From the NCBI GenBank assembly GCA_964451425.1, contig CAYVIT010000002.1, forward strand, positions 25,750 through 85,490: 59,741 bases of DNA, given 5' to 3'. Positions 1 to 9,142 of this stretch are shown here, one piece after another (position 1 is the first letter of the stretch; every line of letters starts with the position of its first letter). This stretch comes from an uncultured Pirellulales bacterium (GTDB lineage Bacteria > Planctomycetota > Phycisphaerae > Sedimentisphaerales > Anaerobacaceae). The position numbers and the translations under genes are program-made. The notes under the pieces were generated by a model, which ran no database searches, was not told the DNA's origin, and worked only from the letters and a program-made list of their open reading frames with translations.

Positions 1-145
1 ACATCGAAAGAAGCAGGCCCGCAATCAAAGCCAACAATGAATTTATTCTGGTGCCTAACATATTCGTGATTCTTTGTTTGTGTATCACGGCTCATTAATG
101 TCGCGATACCCTAACAAAGCTCTGTCGCTCATGATTTTAGGAGTT

Positions 146-227
146 GTCATTGCGAGGCCGCAAAATGCGGCCGCGGCAATCTTAAGCCCTCCAAAGTTTG
201 AGATTGCTTCGCTGCGCTCGCAATGAC
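146..227. repeat. 82-nt repeat element with 11-nt terminal inverted repeats, copy 1
   Basis: GTCATTGCGAG ... CTCGCAATGAC termini and an internal hairpin GCCGCAaaaTGCGGC. It matches 22488-22569 in inverted orientation with 4 mismatches by my count. Confidence 0.85.
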
Positions 228-293
228 AACTAACAAGCCGATTACAACAATCAATTAACCTGCGACAAACCAATAGTGTTACGTTGTCGTGCA

Positions 294-875
294 TTATCTT
301 TGCACGGCTACTTTTACGGAAGCTAATAGCTCCCGGCCGGTCCGGCTTATTGTTTCGGATTTTCCGAACAACTGGTGTCTTTCGAGAATCTTCGGGTTGT
401 GGTCATAATATCTTTGCACGGCCTCGATACCACCCTCGGCAGCTCCCGTGGTTTTATACCGGCCTTCCAGGAGCCATGAGCTTACTTCGTCATCGTACTC
501 AGCGGGATAGATAAGGGCCACGGCGCATTTATCGTCGCTGTACTTAGCGAAATGAACCTTGGCGCGACAGGGCGGGGCGGTCTTGACGGCCCAATCAACA
601 AGTGCCTTAAAGTCCCGCCTGGCGGTATCGAGGTCGGTTGAATAGAAGAACATCCCGGCTTCAAGCTGGAAGATTTCGGCCCTTACGCCTTTCAGCTCAA
701 GTTTGCCATCGGGCCAGGCCCTGTGTATTTTGTAGACCTTGCAGTCCTTATATTTTTCGCTTTCGAGCAGCTCAGCGACTTCCTGTGCGGTAAAGCCGGT
801 GCCCACGTGGTCACCGAAGTCGAAAATGTATAAGCCGACGTATTTTTCAGATTTTTCAAGTTTTTGCAGTTTCAT
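294..875 (-). CDS. hypothetical protein, 193 aa, no family recognised
   Basis: ATG-initiated ORF. No signal peptide and no motif I can name. The 82-nt TIR repeat lies 66 nt downstream of its stop. Confidence 0.5.
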   Translation of the reverse strand: MKLQKLEKSEKYVGLYIFDFGDHVGTGFTAQEVAELLESEKYKDCKVYKIHRAWPDGKLELKGVRAEIFQLEAGMFFYSTDLDTARRDFKALVDWAVKTAPPCRAKVHFAKYSDDKCAVALIYPAEYDDEVSSWLLEGRYKTTGAAEGGIEAVQRYYDHNPKILERHQLFGKSETISRTGRELLASVKVAVQR

Positions 876-1114
876 AGTTACTATATTATAACCAGAATTT
901 CATGCAAGGCACGTAATTTTTGCTGCTGAAAGACTCGTTTTGATATATTGAAAGGCGATGTTAGTTTAGAGGCTATAAAAAAACCAATTAACCTAATAAA
1001 AAATACTGCTTTGCGGACTGTTTTGAACAGATTTCTCGACTCCGCTGTGCTCCGCTCGAAATTACAGTATAAGTTTTTTAGACGCTCTTGATTTTTGTGG
1101 TTCAAAGTTTAGTT

Positions 1115-2323
1115 CTATTTTAGTTTTAGTTTGGCGAACTTTCGTTTGCCGACCTGTATGATCATTCCGTTTGCCGGCGTGATTTCTGTATTAGGGTCAG
1201 TAACTTTATTGCCGTCGATGCTGACGCCGCCTTGGGCTGCCAATCTTTTTGCCTCGCCGCCGGTTTCGACGAGATTACAGGATAATAACAATTGCTTAAC
1301 TGAAATATCTGTATCGGCTATAACCACTTCCGGTATGTCGTCAGGAAGTTTTCCCTGTGCGAAGACTTTGTCAAATTCGGCGGCTGCGGTTTCGGCAGCC
1401 GCTTCGTCGTAAAACTGGGAGACAATGTTTTTGCCGAGCAGGACTTTTGCTTCCTTGGGGTGTGTTTTTTCGGGATTGACGAGTTCGGCGATTTTCTCGG
1501 TTTCGAAGTTCGTTAGAAGCGTAAAGTAATTTTCAATCATATCATCGGAGATGCTCATAACTTTGCCGAACATATCGTTCGGCTCGTCGGTAACGCCGAT
1601 GTAATTATCCTTTGACTTACTCATTTTTTCCTTGCCATCCAGTCCGACAAGGATGGGCATAGTTATTACAATCTGGGGCGATTGTCCGTATGCACGCTGG
1701 ATGTCCCTGCCTACAAGGTTATTGAAGGTCTGGTCCGTTCCGCCGAGCTCGACGTCACTTTGTACGATAACGGAATCATAACCCTGCATGAGCGGGTATA
1801 GGAATTCGTGCATGAAGATATCTTCGTCGGCGCGGAGGCGTTTTTTGAAGCTATCTCGCTGAAGCATTTGCGCCACTGTTTTTTTGGCAACGAGCTGGAT
1901 TATTTCGACGGCGGTCAACTTTTCAAGCCATTCGCTGTTGTACCTGATTTCGAGTTTATCTGCCGATGTGTCGAGGATTTTGCCTGCCTGCTCGAAGTAC
2001 GTTTTTGCGTTTTGTTCGATTTGCTCTGGTGAGAGCATCGGCCTGGTCGCGTTTTGGCCTGAAGGGTCGCCGATTCGGGCGGTGTAGTCTCCGATGATAA
2101 GAACGGCCTTGTGGCCGAGGTCCTGGAATTGGCGCATCTTTCGCAGAACGACGGTGTGGCCGAGGTGGATATCGGGTGAGGTTGGGTCCAGGCCAAGCTT
2201 GATGCGGAGCTGTCTTGGGGATTTGGCCGCTTCGGTGAGCTTTTCGGCCAGCTCGGCTTCGCTGTAAATTTCTACCGTGCCGCGTTTTAATAATTGAATT
2301 TGTTCTACGATTTCTTCAGCCAT
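1115..2323 (-). CDS. tyrS: tyrosyl-tRNA synthetase
   Basis: Class I HIGH-type motif (PDIHLGH), KMSKS motif (EKMSKSK), and a C-terminal S4-like RNA-binding tail (RLAAQGGVSIDGNKV). The 402-aa length fits TyrS. Confidence 0.95.
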   Translation of the reverse strand: MAEEIVEQIQLLKRGTVEIYSEAELAEKLTEAAKSPRQLRIKLGLDPTSPDIHLGHTVVLRKMRQFQDLGHKAVLIIGDYTARIGDPSGQNATRPMLSPEQIEQNAKTYFEQAGKILDTSADKLEIRYNSEWLEKLTAVEIIQLVAKKTVAQMLQRDSFKKRLRADEDIFMHEFLYPLMQGYDSVIVQSDVELGGTDQTFNNLVGRDIQRAYGQSPQIVITMPILVGLDGKEKMSKSKDNYIGVTDEPNDMFGKVMSISDDMIENYFTLLTNFETEKIAELVNPEKTHPKEAKVLLGKNIVSQFYDEAAAETAAAEFDKVFAQGKLPDDIPEVVIADTDISVKQLLLSCNLVETGGEAKRLAAQGGVSIDGNKVTDPNTEITPANGMIIQVGKRKFAKLKLK

Positions 2324-2440
2324 ATAGTTTCTCTATAAATTTCTGTTTCCTAAAAGACAGCATCATAAACCAAAAGCGGGTAATAAGCAAGAATCGGTTC
2401 GAGCTTGTAGGGGCATGGTCCATTGTTTGTCATATAGCCT

Positions 2441-2989
2441 TTATCCTGAGACGCCGCCGGAGACGATAAATGACATCGCCTTTGCACTGTCAATTTCCAG
2501 CGGTTGAATCGAATCCTTTTTAAAAAGCAGGACGTTGCCCGCGAAATTGTACGACTGGGGCAAATACACGGCGACATAATCCGTCAGGCCGATGCTTTCC
2601 ATTGTCTGGCTTGTAACAAAGCCCATCACCTTTGCACCGCCGACGCCGAGGGACGCAATAACGGGTTTGTCGAATTTCTTTTCCTCGCCTGCGAAGGCCT
2701 CCACAATGTCCTTGATGGAACCATAGAGCAATTTGACCAGGGGGAGCTTTGTGAATACCTTTTCCACAATCCCAAATAGTTTTCTCCCTAAAAAGTTTGA
2801 GGCGAGGAGGCCGATAATGAAAATAGCTGAAATTGTCGCTAAGATACCCAGCCCGGGGAAAGGTATTCTAAGCAGGTCACGAAATACTTTATCCAGGCCG
2901 GTAAATGCCCAAAGCAATATAAAAACCGTTACTAAAACAGGTACACAAATTAACAGTCCCCTGAGGAAATACTTTACAATGGTTTTCAT
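2441..2989 (-). CDS. DUF502-family membrane protein
   Basis: Two N-terminal TM segments with an IPFPGLGIL motif between them and a soluble C-terminal half. This is the architecture I associate with DUF502. Confidence 0.55.
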   Translation of the reverse strand: MKTIVKYFLRGLLICVPVLVTVFILLWAFTGLDKVFRDLLRIPFPGLGILATISAIFIIGLLASNFLGRKLFGIVEKVFTKLPLVKLLYGSIKDIVEAFAGEEKKFDKPVIASLGVGGAKVMGFVTSQTMESIGLTDYVAVYLPQSYNFAGNVLLFKKDSIQPLEIDSAKAMSFIVSGGVSG

Positions 2990-3012
2990 TTTAAGACTCC
3001 TGATAGAATTTT

Positions 3013-3909
3013 TTAGCTGAGGAATTTCAAATATATATAAATACCGTGTCCTATTATGGTCGCGAGGGGAATGATCAAAACTTTAATCGTGTTGGCGGCC
3101 GGGCCGGCGTGGATAGTTCCATTTTCCATTATTCTGGGATTACCGGGCAGGTCATCAAGCATCACCGCATAGGAGGGGCGAATGGGGTCGTAAAGTAAGG
3201 GCTCCTGGGCCTGGTCTTCGAGCTTTGCAGTGTCGTGTGTTTTTGCGACGGCCTCGTATGTCATTGCTTCGGGAGTATTGAATTCAAAAGTAAGTTTATA
3301 GACGGGTTTTTTGTTGACTTCGGTTTTTGTTTTTTCTTTTGATTTTAGCCGGCCTGTAGTTTGTTCGCCAAGGGCGAGCAAGCGATTTGCTTTGAGGCCC
3401 TTCCTGATTCCCCCAAAGATTAACAACAAACCAACGAAGGGAAAGAGAACGGGGATTAAACCGGCAAAACCGACGGGTTTTCTGCGCATGCCTTTGATAC
3501 GTGAAATCTGCGGATTGCCCTGCAGGTGCTCGATGGTGACTTTTTGACCTTCTTTAAGTTGTCGGCCTGTATTGAAAGAGAGGCCTTTGTATTCTGCGCC
3601 GTCGGGGCCGGTGAAAGTATAATGAATCGCATAAACGGGTGTGCCTTTTCGATGTTTTGAGCCGCCCGCACTGAATTTGGTTTTTTCGCTGTAAAGGACT
3701 TTGCCTTCGTTGGTATCGAGCGGGCCTCGAAACCGGTTCCAGCTTGTCAGGTCGGCGTTTACGGTGAAGGCCCATACGAAGACGAGGCCGAAGCCGAAGA
3801 TGAACCAGCCGAATTGATTTAGGAAGCCGCCGAAAAGGATCCTGATGCGGACCAATAAAGGGACATCCCTCGGCGGCCCGGCCAGATTAAGGATATTGTG
3901 AACAGCCAT
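3013..3909 (-). CDS. membrane protein with two DUF3592-like beta-rich domains
   Basis: The layout is TM, ~100-aa soluble domain, TM pair, second similar domain, C-terminal TM. The family call is from memory only. Confidence 0.4.
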   Translation of the reverse strand: MAVHNILNLAGPPRDVPLLVRIRILFGGFLNQFGWFIFGFGLVFVWAFTVNADLTSWNRFRGPLDTNEGKVLYSEKTKFSAGGSKHRKGTPVYAIHYTFTGPDGAEYKGLSFNTGRQLKEGQKVTIEHLQGNPQISRIKGMRRKPVGFAGLIPVLFPFVGLLLIFGGIRKGLKANRLLALGEQTTGRLKSKEKTKTEVNKKPVYKLTFEFNTPEAMTYEAVAKTHDTAKLEDQAQEPLLYDPIRPSYAVMLDDLPGNPRIMENGTIHAGPAANTIKVLIIPLATIIGHGIYIYLKFLS

Positions 3910-3911
3910 TA

Positions 3912-4439
3912 TTAACTCCTTTGTTTCTTAGCGGCTTTTTCTGCTCCAATCTTTTTCCAGGATAGAATCACTGTCAGTAAATACAGGATAAGAGCCGGAA
4001 TAAAAAACGCAAGACATAATAATTCTAACTGTTGCTTCGTTATGATTCTCCACAGAGGTATTGATTTATTTGGCCAAAACAGGCGTACATCGGGGTGGTA
4101 AATGCTGTCGATTACGACGTGCAGCCAAACGCCAAGAATACCTGAGATAATCATCTTCCAGAGGCTGGTTTTGTAGGGTAATCGGAGTATTTGCATTATT
4201 TTTTTGAAGACGTTTCGCAGCGGCCAGGCGGCCAGCGCCCAGATGATGCCTGCCGCAGTCCCTAATAAGAGAGTGTGAATATATCTGTGGATGGGGTAAT
4301 GAACATCAAGCAGCGCTATAATCAAAACCTCAACGTCGACAATTACGTTGGCCAGGAGAAAGACAGGGATATCAATCCACTTTCTAAAAGCCAGGCCGAT
4401 AAAGCCGCTCGGTCCAAAATGATATGGCGTATAGGGCAT
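3912..4439 (-). CDS. polytopic His-rich membrane protein (possible membrane-bound metal-dependent hydrolase)
   Basis: About five TM segments with conserved-looking His residues (MPYTPYHFGP, HYPIHRYIH, YHPD). It lies 2 nt upstream of the next gene, so it is probably co-transcribed with 3013-3909 and 2441-2989. Confidence 0.4.
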   Translation of the reverse strand: MPYTPYHFGPSGFIGLAFRKWIDIPVFLLANVIVDVEVLIIALLDVHYPIHRYIHTLLLGTAAGIIWALAAWPLRNVFKKIMQILRLPYKTSLWKMIISGILGVWLHVVIDSIYHPDVRLFWPNKSIPLWRIITKQQLELLCLAFFIPALILYLLTVILSWKKIGAEKAAKKQRS

Positions 4440-4540
4440 TTGAATGAGCCTTCAAGGAATAACAATTGAGTAAGAAATTATTTTCTGTGAGCTTACTTTG
4501 TGGTTTTGGGTGTGTCAAATGTTAAGGGTAGGGGGCGCAT

Positions 4541-4564
4541 AAAAAAACCGCCCGAAGTGAGCGG
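4541..4564 (-). terminator. intrinsic terminator (minus strand)
   Basis: The minus strand reads CCGCTC-ACTTC-GGGCGG followed by TTTTTTT: a 6-bp stem with one G-U pair, a 5-nt loop and a 7-T run. Confidence 0.6.
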
Positions 4565-4978
4565 TATCAGAAGAAGTAAAAAATCCAGGGGGGTTAACAT
4601 AAGGCGATATAACTCAGTACAGCGAGGAACAAGATTCGCCTTTTGTTCATTGTAAACGGAAGCCAGATTTCATAATAAAATTTTGTCATCGCCCTTCTGG
4701 AAGCCAGAACCTTTAAATTCTTAATTCTTAAATTACAATGTTATTATACCCGAAAAGAGTAGTCGAAATCAAGAAAAAAATTATTTATGTGAACATAAGT
4801 ATTTATTATTTAAGACATTACGACAATGGAATCCCGCGATTTTTTTGGGTTGCTACCGAAGCCTGAAATCCGAAAACATATCTCAAATCTTTAGGATATC
4901 AGCCGGCACGATAAGTAATACAGTTATAGGTCTTTTAAATATGGTCACCTGACAAGAGCTAATCAATAATCATACGAC

Positions 4979-6211
4979 CTAAGCTAATTTGTTTGCGGCT
5001 TCTGCGACAAGTCTGCCTATCGGCAGGTGCTGTGGGCAGCGGGCTTCCGCCAGACTAAAATCAGTGCTCAACAGTTTGTTTCTTACCTTGCCGGGGATTT
5101 GAGCAAAAAGCTGTTTTGCTTCTTCATGTTCGCCATAGCTTTTATGGTACATTAAATAGCGCATAATGTCACTGATATAAGGTGTGTCCGGCAGGGCTGA
5201 GTTGCAGATGTTTGCACAGCCGGCACAATAACCATCGCAGGTTGCGCGGGCGTATTCTGTGAGGGCCTGCGTGTCGGCCTGAGTGAGTTTTGTTTTGTCG
5301 AGGGCGGCGGCGACATTTGAACTTAGCTCACGGATGCTCTTCATTCCTACACAGACTGCAGTAAACCTTTTGTCCTCCAGGACGGCTTTTATCTTTGCCT
5401 GCTCTTTGGTAAAACCCCGCTGCAGGAAGTGGTCGGTGAGTTTTTTGTCCTCATCGGTTGTAATCTTCTGGCCCATTCCGAGCGTTTTTATTGCCATAAT
5501 TCCCTTGCCTGCTTTGTGGCAGGCATCAATGGCGGCGTTCAGTTTTTTATCCTGCATTAAACGGAAGTTATAGATTGTCATTACGACTTCAATCCAGTCG
5601 AGTTTGGCGGCGGCGGCAAGGACGTCGGCCATATTCTGGTGGGTACTGATGCCAAAATGCAGAATCAGTTTGCGTTTCCTTGCACTTTGGGCCCATTCCT
5701 TCAGCTCGTTTGTTAAAAAGGCAGGGTTAGAGCACTGATGGTAGCCATAGTACAGGTCAATGTAATCCGTGTTCATTCTCTTCAGCGAGGTCTGAAGGCG
5801 CTTTTCCACATCTGCGACTGTTCTTGCGCCGGATGCCTTGCTGGCAATGAAAAACTTCTTTCGTGCCTTCGGGTTTTTCGCCAGGATTTTACCTATGCCA
5901 AGCTCACTGTTTCCACCTGTATAATTGTGTGCGGTATCCCAGTAATAAACGCCCCACTGAGGAGCTTTTCTTAAAACTATCTGGTTGGCAATGAGGTCTT
6001 GATTTCCGCCCACGCACAGGCAGGGGACCTTAACGCCCGTTTTACCCATTTTTCGTTTGGGTACCTGTGGGTACTTTGGTTTTTTCGCTGTGTCGTTTGT
6101 CTGGCTTTGTGCGGCTATGCTATCAGCCGAAGCGAAAACGGAGCCCAGGCTGGTGGCCCCCACAGTCTTCAAAAAATTTCTTCTATTGATTTTATTGTGT
6201 TTTTCTTTCAT
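4979..6211 (-). CDS. Tat-signal aldo/keto reductase with C-terminal Cys-rich (putative Fe-S) extension, paralog 1 of 4
   Basis: Twin-arginine motif NRRNFLKT. AKR active-site context (WDTAHNY..GNSELGIG, SKASG, STHQN). C-terminal CDGYCAGCANIC ... RCPQHLP. I prefer the ATG at 6211 with GGAG upstream over the GTG at 6229 used by the track. Confidence 0.8.
   Translation of the reverse strand: MKEKHNKINRRNFLKTVGATSLGSVFASADSIAAQSQTNDTAKKPKYPQVPKRKMGKTGVKVPCLCVGGNQDLIANQIVLRKAPQWGVYYWDTAHNYTGGNSELGIGKILAKNPKARKKFFIASKASGARTVADVEKRLQTSLKRMNTDYIDLYYGYHQCSNPAFLTNELKEWAQSARKRKLILHFGISTHQNMADVLAAAAKLDWIEVVMTIYNFRLMQDKKLNAAIDACHKAGKGIMAIKTLGMGQKITTDEDKKLTDHFLQRGFTKEQAKIKAVLEDKRFTAVCVGMKSIRELSSNVAAALDKTKLTQADTQALTEYARATCDGYCAGCANICNSALPDTPYISDIMRYLMYHKSYGEHEEAKQLFAQIPGKVRNKLLSTDFSLAEARCPQHLPIGRLVAEAANKLA
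5029..5113. repeat. 85-nt block identical between AKR paralogs 1 and 2, copy A
   Basis: GCTGTGGGCAGCGGG...GAGCAAAAAGCTG is identical to 6283-6367 at an offset of 1254 nt. The flanking coding sequence is visibly diverged. Confidence 0.85.
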
Positions 6212-6232
6212 CGTATTAAACTCCAACACCAG

Positions 6233-7483
6233 TTAGGCTAACTTGGTAACCGCTTCTGCGACGAGGTTGCATATCGGCAGATGCTGTGGGCAGCGGGCTT
6301 CCGCCAGACTAAAATCAGTGCTCAACAGTTTGTTTCTTACCTTGCCGGGGATTTGAGCAAAAAGCTGCCTTGCTCTATTTTGGTCGCCATAGCTGTTGTA
6401 GTACATCAGATAGCGCATAATGTCACTGACGTATGGTGTGTGCGGTAATGCGGCGTCGCAGATGTGTGCGCATCCGGCGCAATAACCGGTGCAGGTTGCG
6501 TGGGCATATTCCTTGAAAATCTCGATGTCCGTTTGTGTAAGCTCTGTTTTATCCAGGACGGCAGCGACGTTTTTAGTTAAGACAGCGACGTTTTCCATCT
6601 GAACGGGCGCGGCACTTATCCTTTTGTCTTGTAATACAAGTTTTATGGCAGCCTGCTCCGGACTAAAGCCCCGCTGTATAAAGTTACTGACGAGCTTTTT
6701 ATCTGCTTCCGTTTCAATTGCGAGCTTGAATCTGCTAATAGTAGTCCTGCCAGTCGTTTTCATTGCAATAATGGCAATCCCGGCTTTGTGGCACGCTTCA
6801 ATGGCGTCCATAAGTTTAGAATCCTGCATCAGGCGGAAGTTATAACTTGTCATAACCGCATCAATCCAGTCGAGCTTGGCAGCGGCGGCGAGGCAGTTGG
6901 CCATATTTTTATGCGTTGTGAAACCAAAAAACCTTATGAGCTTGCGTTTCTTCGCACTTTCGGCCCATTGCTTTAACTCATTTGTAAATTGGCCGGGATC
7001 GGTTGCTCCGTGCGGGGCATAGTACAAATCAATGTATTTTGTATTCAGTCTTTCCAGGGAGGCCTGAAGGCGTTTTTCGACATCAGCGACCGTTCTTGCT
7101 CCGGAAGCCTTTGTTGCCAGGAACAAGTCTTTTCGGACTTCCGGATTATTCATAAGGTATTTACCGATACCGAGCTCGCTGTTTCCGCCTGCATAACCGT
7201 AAGCTGTATCCCAATATTTAACACCCCACTTAATGGTGTTCCTTAGAACGACCTGGCTATCAATAAGGTTGAACATTGTCCCGAGGCCCAGACATGGAAC
7301 CTCGACGCCGGTTTTGCCGAGCTTTCTTTTGGGCATCTTCGGGGCGCTGGATTCCTGCGGGTTTTTTTCAGTGTTTGAGCTTACCGGCTTTGTGGAGGTG
7401 AAAACAGAACCCAATCCTGCTGCGACTATTGTGCTATCGCGGATAAACTTACGCCGAGTTACTTTGTTATCGTTATTATTCAT
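6233..7483 (-). CDS. Tat-signal aldo/keto reductase with C-terminal Cys-rich extension, paralog 2 of 4
   Basis: Twin-arginine motif TRRKFIRD, AKR motifs (WDTAYGY..GNSELGIG, TKASG, TTHKN), and the tail CTGYCAGCAHIC ... RCPQHLP. Its stop lies about 21 nt upstream of the paralog 1 ATG. Confidence 0.8.
   Translation of the reverse strand: MNNNDNKVTRRKFIRDSTIVAAGLGSVFTSTKPVSSNTEKNPQESSAPKMPKRKLGKTGVEVPCLGLGTMFNLIDSQVVLRNTIKWGVKYWDTAYGYAGGNSELGIGKYLMNNPEVRKDLFLATKASGARTVADVEKRLQASLERLNTKYIDLYYAPHGATDPGQFTNELKQWAESAKKRKLIRFFGFTTHKNMANCLAAAAKLDWIDAVMTSYNFRLMQDSKLMDAIEACHKAGIAIIAMKTTGRTTISRFKLAIETEADKKLVSNFIQRGFSPEQAAIKLVLQDKRISAAPVQMENVAVLTKNVAAVLDKTELTQTDIEIFKEYAHATCTGYCAGCAHICDAALPHTPYVSDIMRYLMYYNSYGDQNRARQLFAQIPGKVRNKLLSTDFSLAEARCPQHLPICNLVAEAVTKLA
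6283..6367. repeat. 85-nt block identical between AKR paralogs 1 and 2, copy B
   Basis: See 5029-5113. Confidence 0.85.
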
Positions 7484-7648
7484 CGTTTATTTCCTTTCCT
7501 GGTAGGTTTCTGATGTAGTTTTTGGTATCTGTCGTGCACAAATTAACGTTATCTGCCTTATTCTTTTATAACTGCTTATCCATACGATATATCATTATTG
7601 TACGTTAGGGTCTCCATGCCGGGATGTATTATTGCAGAATCTCTGAAA

Positions 7649-7996
7649 GGGTCAAGTCATTTATTTTTTGGCCTGTATGTAGTGTAGGTATGTGCGGCTG
7701 GTTATCCTTGTAGCTGTGCTCAAATACGGGATTTGAAAAAGCGCTTAGGCCAGCTTGCGGACTGCTTCAGCGACCAATTTAGCTATCGGCAAATGCTGCG
7801 GGCAGCGTGTTTCTGCGTGCGTGTAATCGATGCGCAGCAGTTTATTTCTTATGCCGGACGGAAGTTTAGCGAAAAGGTTCCTTGCTCTATTCCTGTCGCC
7901 GTAACTGTTGTAGTACATCAAGTAGCGCATAATGTCACTGATGAAAGGCGTGTCCGGCAGGGCGGAGTCGCAGATGTATGCGCAGCCGGCGCAATA
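7649..7996. repeat. segmental duplication, copy A (3' end of AKR paralog 3 plus downstream non-coding sequence)
   Basis: It matches 9143-9490 at a constant offset of 1494 nt. I count about 5 mismatches in 348 nt by eye. Confidence 0.85.
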
Positions 7997-9034
7997 ACCG
8001 CTGCAGGTTGCGAGGGCATGTTCTTTGAGGGTTTCCATATCTTGTTTTGTAAGATTGGTTTTATCGAGGACGGCCGCGACGTTTTGTGCTAAGATACTAA
8101 CATCCTGCATGCCTACACAGGCTGAGCTAAATCTTTTGTCCTGCAATACGGCCTTTATTTTTGCCTGTCCTTCAGTAAAACCTTTCTGCAGGAAATGTCC
8201 AGCCAGTTTTTTATCTTCTTTAGTTTCAATTTTTTCCTGTGGACGTCCCTGAGTTTTCATAGCGATAAGACCTATACCTGCTTTATGGCAAGCCTGAATT
8301 GCATCCTGTAGTTCGTTGTCCTGCATTATCCGATAACTGTAAGTCGTCATTACCACGTCAATCCAGCCGAGCTTGGCAGCGGCGGCGAGGCACTTGGCCA
8401 TATTTTTATGGGTGCTGAAACCAAAAAATCGTATTAGCTTTCTTTTCTTTGCACTTTCGACCCACCGCCTTAAATCATCGGTCAGCTTTGCGGGGTCAGA
8501 TAATCCGTGGCCGACGTAGCCGGAACCTGCCTTTCGGTCCATGATGTAGTAGATGTCGATGTATTTGGTGTTCATTCTTTTCAGGGATGCTTGAAGGGCG
8601 TTTTCCACATCGTTGATGGTAACGGCATCCGATGCCTTGGTGACAAGAAACAGTTTCTTTCGGGCGTCAGAGTGCTTCGAGAAGAATTTGCCTATGCCAA
8701 GCTCACTGTTTTCGCCGGCATAGTCGGGTGCTGTGTCCCAAAGACGGACTCCCCACTGGAAACATTTTTCTAATATTGTCTGGTTCTCAACCAAATTGAA
8801 TAGCGCGCCAAGAGCCAGGGAGGGGACTTCAATGCCTGTTTTACCCAACTTTCGTTTCGGCACCTGCGGATATTCGGGTTTTTGTGCTTTTCCTTGTGCG
8901 TTCGGGTCAGCAGCATTTAGCTCCTTTTCTTCATTGCTCTTGCATCCGTGAAGAAAAGAACTTAGTCCTGCTGCGACCATCGCGCTATCGTGGATAAACT
9001 TGCGCCGAGTTACTTTGTTATCGTTATTATTCAT
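7745..9034 (-). CDS. Tat-signal aldo/keto reductase with C-terminal Cys-rich extension, paralog 3 of 4 (chimeric)
   Basis: The N-terminus MNNNDNKVTRRKFI is shared with paralog 2. The last ~84 aa are identical to paralog 4. AKR motifs are present. Confidence 0.8.
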   Translation of the reverse strand: MNNNDNKVTRRKFIHDSAMVAAGLSSFLHGCKSNEEKELNAADPNAQGKAQKPEYPQVPKRKLGKTGIEVPSLALGALFNLVENQTILEKCFQWGVRLWDTAPDYAGENSELGIGKFFSKHSDARKKLFLVTKASDAVTINDVENALQASLKRMNTKYIDIYYIMDRKAGSGYVGHGLSDPAKLTDDLRRWVESAKKRKLIRFFGFSTHKNMAKCLAAAAKLGWIDVVMTTYSYRIMQDNELQDAIQACHKAGIGLIAMKTQGRPQEKIETKEDKKLAGHFLQKGFTEGQAKIKAVLQDKRFSSACVGMQDVSILAQNVAAVLDKTNLTKQDMETLKEHALATCSGYCAGCAYICDSALPDTPFISDIMRYLMYYNSYGDRNRARNLFAKLPSGIRNKLLRIDYTHAETRCPQHLPIAKLVAEAVRKLA

Positions 9035-9142
9035 CGTTTATTACCTTTCTTGATAGGTTTCCGATATACTTTCGAAGTATCTGCGAAACCACAAATTAAT
9101 AGCGCCTTGGTACCAGTATTTATTGTTGCAAAATTTCGGAAT

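Noticed and set aside
1-61. Possible 5' end of a minus-strand gene (ATG at 61-59 giving MLGTRINSLLALIAGLLLSM...) running off the window
   Set aside because: Only 20 codons are visible. It looks signal-peptide-like, but that is too little to support a feature call.
85-294. 69-aa minus-strand ORF (…CHCERSEAISNFGGLKIAAAAFCGLAMT…)
   Set aside because: It is a read-through of the 82-nt TIR repeat. The peptide is dictated by the palindromic element, and no start context or family is evident.
1031-1065. ATTTCTCGACTCCGCTGTGCTCCGCTCGAAATTAC, resembling the repeat-arm pattern (..TTCGCTGCGCTCGCAATGAC)
   Set aside because: The similarity is loose and the stem is imperfect. I cannot distinguish it from chance without a family model.
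7733-8092. Plus-strand ORFs 7733-8092 and 9227-9523 with identical N-terminal ~70 aa
   Set aside because: Both are antisense to the AKR 3' ends. Their identity is a by-product of the segmental duplication. They are Cys/Arg-rich and look like antisense artefacts.
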